DNA of 63,623 nt, filler included, from a bacterium (GTDB lineage Bacteria; UBA9089; CG2-30-40-21; SBAY01): assembly GCA_040757115.1 (NCBI GenBank). It is 5 parts of 5 records of this genome, joined end to end, with 100 filler letters (N's around TTAATTAATTAA, not from the genome) between each part and the next. Parts side by side here need not be neighbours in the genome. Positions count along the whole stretch, not along the records: positions 51,096 to 63,623 come from JBFLYA010000115.1; 4 more parts are not named here. One strand, 5' to 3'. Each line of letters opens with the position of its first letter. Within the stretch, counting starts at the first letter, position 1. The notes beneath the pieces were generated by a model that worked only from the letters and a program-made list of their open reading frames with translations, was not told the origin of the DNA and did no database searches. The position numbers and the translations under genes were made by a program. This document shows, piece by piece, positions 59,803 to 63,623 of the stretch.

Positions 59803-59904
59803 TTGACAAATTTCTTAAAATATGTTATATTATAATTGCTCACTTCTCCTTCGCCCAATGCCGTCTTGTGGAGCTTAAATGTGCACATTGAGTACGGCAT
59901 TGGG
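59803..59904 (+). promoter_or_regulatory. Promoter followed by a leader stem-loop
   Basis: TTGACA-17-TATATT with TG; 11-bp stem CCCAATGCCGT/ACGGCATTGGG. Confidence 0.45.
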
Positions 59905-60005
59905 TAAAATAATATTTATGCCTGCCTATCGTGAGATTTTCCATTAAATATTCACCCCAGGAGGGATATTTATATATTAAATTCGAATAAGGAGATGAAT
60001 TAAAG

Positions 60006-60119
60006 ATGGAATTGAAATGTTATTGTTGTCAATCTTATATTGACGGACAAGATTATTTAGAAGTAGTCTTTAAAGGGACAATAATTGGTTACATCTGTAA
60101 AAGATGTAAAGAAAATTAA
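60006..60119 (+). CDS. 37-aa putative Zn-finger microprotein (not in the ORF track)
   Basis: MELKCYCCQSYIDGQDYLEVVFKGTIIGYICKRCKEN with an upstream AAGGAG. Confidence 0.45.
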   Translation: MELKCYCCQSYIDGQDYLEVVFKGTIIGYICKRCKEN

Positions 60120-60135
60120 TGAAGAGGTGAGATTA

Positions 60136-60585
60136 ATGAAAAGGAAATTTGAAATAGCACCGGTAGAAGGAAGTAAAAATTTAGTAGAGGTTACCTTTAA
60201 GCAAGGTTTTAATCTCCAAATAGATAAGAAAAAGAAAGTTTTGGTAAAATTTGTGATGATAATAATGCACTATGCCGGCGGTGCGGCGACATTTTTTACC
60301 CCAATGTTAAATTTTACCGACAGAGCTTTCCACAACATAAAAACACGTTTCCACGAAGTAGGCTCTAAATCACTATTTCATGGGAACCATTATAAACAAA
60401 ACGCTCGCAAAATCTCAGATGCTCATATTGGGAAAATTCTAACTTTAATTGTTCAAAATCCCACAGTTCCTAATCGAGTAATTGCCGAGGAATTTAATGC
60501 ACTGGGAGAATTACAAATAAGTTTTAGAAGTGTAGAAAGACTCCGTAATCTCTATAAATTAAAGAAGAAGAAAAAAGGATTATGA
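60136..60585 (+). CDS. Putative HTH DNA-binding protein
   Basis: GAGGTG RBS; C-terminal ..NP...NR.IAE......ISFRSVERLR resembles a transposase-type winged HTH. Confidence 0.5.
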   Translation: MKRKFEIAPVEGSKNLVEVTFKQGFNLQIDKKKKVLVKFVMIIMHYAGGAATFFTPMLNFTDRAFHNIKTRFHEVGSKSLFHGNHYKQNARKISDAHIGKILTLIVQNPTVPNRVIAEEFNALGELQISFRSVERLRNLYKLKKKKKGL

Positions 60586-60671
60586 AATAAGAAAAGGTTT
60601 CATATCGCAAAAAGTTTAGATTATTCGAGACAGAAGGGTATCGGGATTTTAAATTATCGATAAAAATTCGA

Positions 60672-61583
60672 ATGGGAGAAAAAATGAAGGCAAAAGAAGA
60701 TATTTTTCTCCTCACCGTAGAGGAAGTAGCAGATATTCTTCGTGTCCAACCATTAGCCGTCTTTAAGAGATTGTATGGGAAGGAGCTCCGCGCAATTAAA
60801 TTAGGCTGTAAAACAGTTCGATTCAGGAAGAGTGAGCCGTATCGATATATTAATTGGAAAGAAAGCCAAAATTTTTATGTCAAAGGGAAGAAATTTGAAA
60901 ATATAGGAGATGTGAACAATACAGTTGACTGCCTTAAGAATGCCACCAGTATATATCCCCTGAATAAATCTGCTCACCTTGAATTAGGCAAAATTTATTA
61001 TAAAAATATAAAAGAAGACCAAACATATTATGAACTGGCTAAACAAAGATTTGAAAAAGGACTAAAAATTGATTTTGAAGATAGAGATATACATTTATAT
61101 TTGGGGAAAATGGGGATAACTCCCCAGGAATTAAATTCTCACAATTCAAATTCCATTGAAGAAGAACTATTAACGATAAAGGAATTATCTGAGATATTTA
61201 GAGTTCAGTACTTGAAGGCTTACGAAATGGTTATAAACAATGAAATTAGAGGAATACATATTGGTAGATGGAAAATCAGAAGAACAGAAATCGAAAGATA
61301 TCTTGAGCAACAAGAGAGTGAGTTGGTTTATAAATGGGCGATAGAAGAAAAAGAACTTGGAAATATAGATAATGCTATGGAATATTTTAAAGAAACAACG
61401 CGGATTTATCCATTCCATAGAGATGCTCATCTCCAACTTGCAGAAATCTATTGCGAAAAAATGAAATCTGATAAAATTTACCTGTTATGGGCACTGAAGA
61501 GACTTGAGAAAGCATTTAAAATTGATCCTGAAAGATTGGAAATTCAAGAAAAGATAAAAGAATTAGAAAAATTAAAAAATTAG
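60672..61583 (+). CDS. Tandem (excisionase-like HTH + TPR) x2 protein
   Basis: LLTVEEVADILRV..ELRAIKLG..VRF and LLTIKELSEIFRV..EIRGIHIG.WKI, each followed by IYP...AHL.L..IY TPRs. Confidence 0.7.
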   Translation: MGEKMKAKEDIFLLTVEEVADILRVQPLAVFKRLYGKELRAIKLGCKTVRFRKSEPYRYINWKESQNFYVKGKKFENIGDVNNTVDCLKNATSIYPLNKSAHLELGKIYYKNIKEDQTYYELAKQRFEKGLKIDFEDRDIHLYLGKMGITPQELNSHNSNSIEEELLTIKELSEIFRVQYLKAYEMVINNEIRGIHIGRWKIRRTEIERYLEQQESELVYKWAIEEKELGNIDNAMEYFKETTRIYPFHRDAHLQLAEIYCEKMKSDKIYLLWALKRLEKAFKIDPERLEIQEKIKELEKLKN

Positions 61584-61591
61584 CAATTTTT

Positions 61592-61769
61592 CGACCTGTG
61601 CAATTAGAAATAAAAGGATAATTGATTAAACAGATTACATTTTTTATTGTAAGCGGATTGAACGGATTGAACGGATTTTTTTTATTTCTTTTTCCGTTAA
61701 ATCCGCTTACTAAATCCACCCGCTTACTATTAAAAATCTGCTTCCTTAATTTTCTACCTGCACAGGTCG
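61592..61769. mobile_element. MITE family B with 8-bp TSD CAATTTTT and ACGGATTGA 9-mer cargo
   Basis: CGACCTGTG...CACAGGTCG; TSD at 61584-61591 and 61770-61777. Confidence 0.8.
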
Positions 61770-62023
61770 CAATTTTTTTAACTATCACTAACTTTCTAAC
61801 CCAACTTCATAGCGGTTTCTTAACCATAACCTTTTATCCAAAAAGGCTTCTTGTCCCACCACCGCCTTCTTTTTATCTCACTTGTGGGTATAAAAGCTCG
61901 GGCTACCAATTCCCCTCATTTCACTGACACATTGCAGTAATCTACATTTTTTTCTTGACAGAAATATCCTTTTACCGTATAATAATATTAAACAAATAAA
62001 TTTAATAGAAAGGGGGATTAACA

Positions 62024-63049
62024 TTGAAGATAGGAGTGTTAACTGGTGGTGGAGACTGTCCGGGACTTAATCCGGCGATTAGAGGGATAGTCTTAAGGGC
62101 AATAGATTTAGGATATGAGGTTATTGGCATTAAAGATGGCTGGAAAGGAATGGTTAATGGTGAGACACAGTCTCTTAATATAAACGATGTTGAGGGAATA
62201 ATTTCAAAAGGGGGAACAATACTTGGCACCTCGCGAACTAACCCTTTTAAAAAGGAAGGGGATAAAGAGAAGGTTTTAGAAAATATTAAAAAATTAGGAT
62301 TAGATTGTATCATTGCCATTGGTGGTGAGGATACTCTGGGTGTTGCAGAGAAATTCTATCAATCAGGGGTAAAAGTAGTTGGAGTCCCTAAAACTATGGA
62401 TAATGACCTGTCATGCACTGATTATACCTTTGGTTTTGATAGTGCGGTAACCGTAGCCGTAGATGCCTTAGAACGATTGCGGGATACCGCACAGTCACAT
62501 CGGAGAGTGATGGTTTTAGAAGTAATGGGTAGATATGCTGGTTGGGTATCTCTTTTTACAGGTATTGCCGGTGGGGCAGATTGGATATTGATTCCAGAAA
62601 TTCCGGTTGACCTGGATAAAATGTGTGACCATTTAAAGAAACTACGGCAACGAGGAAAACCTTATGCCGTCATTGTTACCTCTGAAGCCGTCGAATTACC
62701 AGGAATGGCTGAACAGGAGCAGGAAAAGGATGCCTTTGGGCATATTATTCTTAAAGAAAAAGGTGTTGGAGAAAGAGTGGCGGAAGAGATTAAAAAGCGA
62801 ACCGGGTTTGAAACAAGGGCGGCAGTCATTGGACATATCCAACGCGGTGGGGCTCCAACGGTCTTTGACCGAATGTTAGGCATTCGTGTCGGAGTAAAGG
62901 CGGTAGATTTAATCGCTAACCAGCAATTTGGACAGATGGTCTGCTTAAAAGGAAATGAAATACAATCTGCTCCTTTAAAAGAGGCAGTCGCAGAACTTAA
63001 AATGGTTACCCAACAATGGTGGAATTTAGCTCAAATACTCTTTAAGTAA
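62024..63049 (+). CDS. pfkA: 6-phosphofructokinase
   Basis: LTGGGDCPGLN, GGTILGTSR, GGEDT, PKTMDND, EVMGR, GHIQRGG; promoter TTGACA-17-TATAAT at 61955-61983. Confidence 0.93.
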   Translation: MKIGVLTGGGDCPGLNPAIRGIVLRAIDLGYEVIGIKDGWKGMVNGETQSLNINDVEGIISKGGTILGTSRTNPFKKEGDKEKVLENIKKLGLDCIIAIGGEDTLGVAEKFYQSGVKVVGVPKTMDNDLSCTDYTFGFDSAVTVAVDALERLRDTAQSHRRVMVLEVMGRYAGWVSLFTGIAGGADWILIPEIPVDLDKMCDHLKKLRQRGKPYAVIVTSEAVELPGMAEQEQEKDAFGHIILKEKGVGERVAEEIKKRTGFETRAAVIGHIQRGGAPTVFDRMLGIRVGVKAVDLIANQQFGQMVCLKGNEIQSAPLKEAVAELKMVTQQWWNLAQILFK

Positions 63050-63068
63050 TGAGGTCGGAGGTAGAAAA

Positions 63069-63524
63069 TTGAAATTTAAAAAAGGTTTAATTGTAGGTTT
63101 TTTTGCCGGAATAATCAGGGTGATTTTAAATTTATTAAAATATAAGCTGTTTAAAAGCTATTATATTCTTCCCGCTCTATATTCACCTCGATTAAATGGT
63201 GACCCAACTCAATGGCTGCTACAAACAGCACTTACAGATTTAATTGTGGGTATACTTTTTGGTCTGCTTTTTGTTTTGTTAATTAACGCCTTGCCAGGAA
63301 CCAAAATAAAAAGAGGGCTGGGATATGGATTTGTTATGTGGGTGATTAGTGAGTTACCCTCCTTACTTACGGCATATACAACCCGGATGATAGATTTAGG
63401 GTTAATTACCTTGTGGGGAATAGCCGGATTAATAAGCAGTTTTGTAATTGGGATGGGAATAGTATTTATTTATGACCTGATGTTAAAACAAGAAGTTAAA
63501 GATGTGCGGTATAATGTCAAGTAA
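63069..63524 (+). CDS. Hypothetical membrane protein (~4 TM)
   Basis: Hydrophobic helices; GGAGG RBS. Confidence 0.6.
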   Translation: MKFKKGLIVGFFAGIIRVILNLLKYKLFKSYYILPALYSPRLNGDPTQWLLQTALTDLIVGILFGLLFVLLINALPGTKIKRGLGYGFVMWVISELPSLLTAYTTRMIDLGLITLWGIAGLISSFVIGMGIVFIYDLMLKQEVKDVRYNVK

Positions 63525-63623
63525 AAAAAGACAGACTATCCCCCAGCAAGATATAACTAAATTTAAAAAAACTAAAAATTGAGATAAATCTTGTTAACAT
63601 AATCTGCTCTTTGATAATTTATT

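Noticed and set aside
423-62883. Numerous 60-140 aa ORFs antisense to or nested in long genes
   Set aside because: Shadow ORFs of well-supported CDSs with no independent motifs.

Overview
AT-rich bacterial draft or MAG sequence made of five unlinked contigs of about 12.5-12.7 kb. They are joined by artificial 100-nt N/TTAATTAATTAA linkers (12723-12822, 25502-25601, 38281-38380, 50996-51095), and there is one scaffold gap (42616-42715). Housekeeping genes include a TolC-type OMP, mutM, tRNA-Thr(CGT), an FtsI-like PBP, DHQ synthase II, Man-1-P guanylyltransferase/PMM, rsmA, pdxA, purE, HIT, rpsU, livHMG, waaF, wzx and pfkA. Accessory genes are an SNF2 helicase plus partner, a type II R-M pair (m4C MTase + HNH), two Uma2 nucleases, a dead integron integrase and a large PQQ/FN3 surface protein. 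Two things stand out. (1) Contig 2 is an array of orphan Rhs toxin-immunity cassettes. Most module junctions carry a strand-biased GGGGTCA-type REP-like motif, and four carry a boxA-like GTTCTTTGAAA, which suggests a site-directed cassette-shuffling system. (2) Most long intergenic regions contain nested short non-autonomous elements, with several terminal inverted repeat (TIR) families and clean 8-10 bp target site duplications (TSDs). Their exchangeable cargo is 7-mer or 9-mer repeat hairpins and remnants of GxxExxY and four-helix-bundle genes. These elements rewrite C-termini (HIT, Wzx, LivG), appear to supply ribosome-binding sites, and add in-frame peptides to RsmA, PdxA and WaaF. All protein family calls are from motif recognition only; no searches were run.
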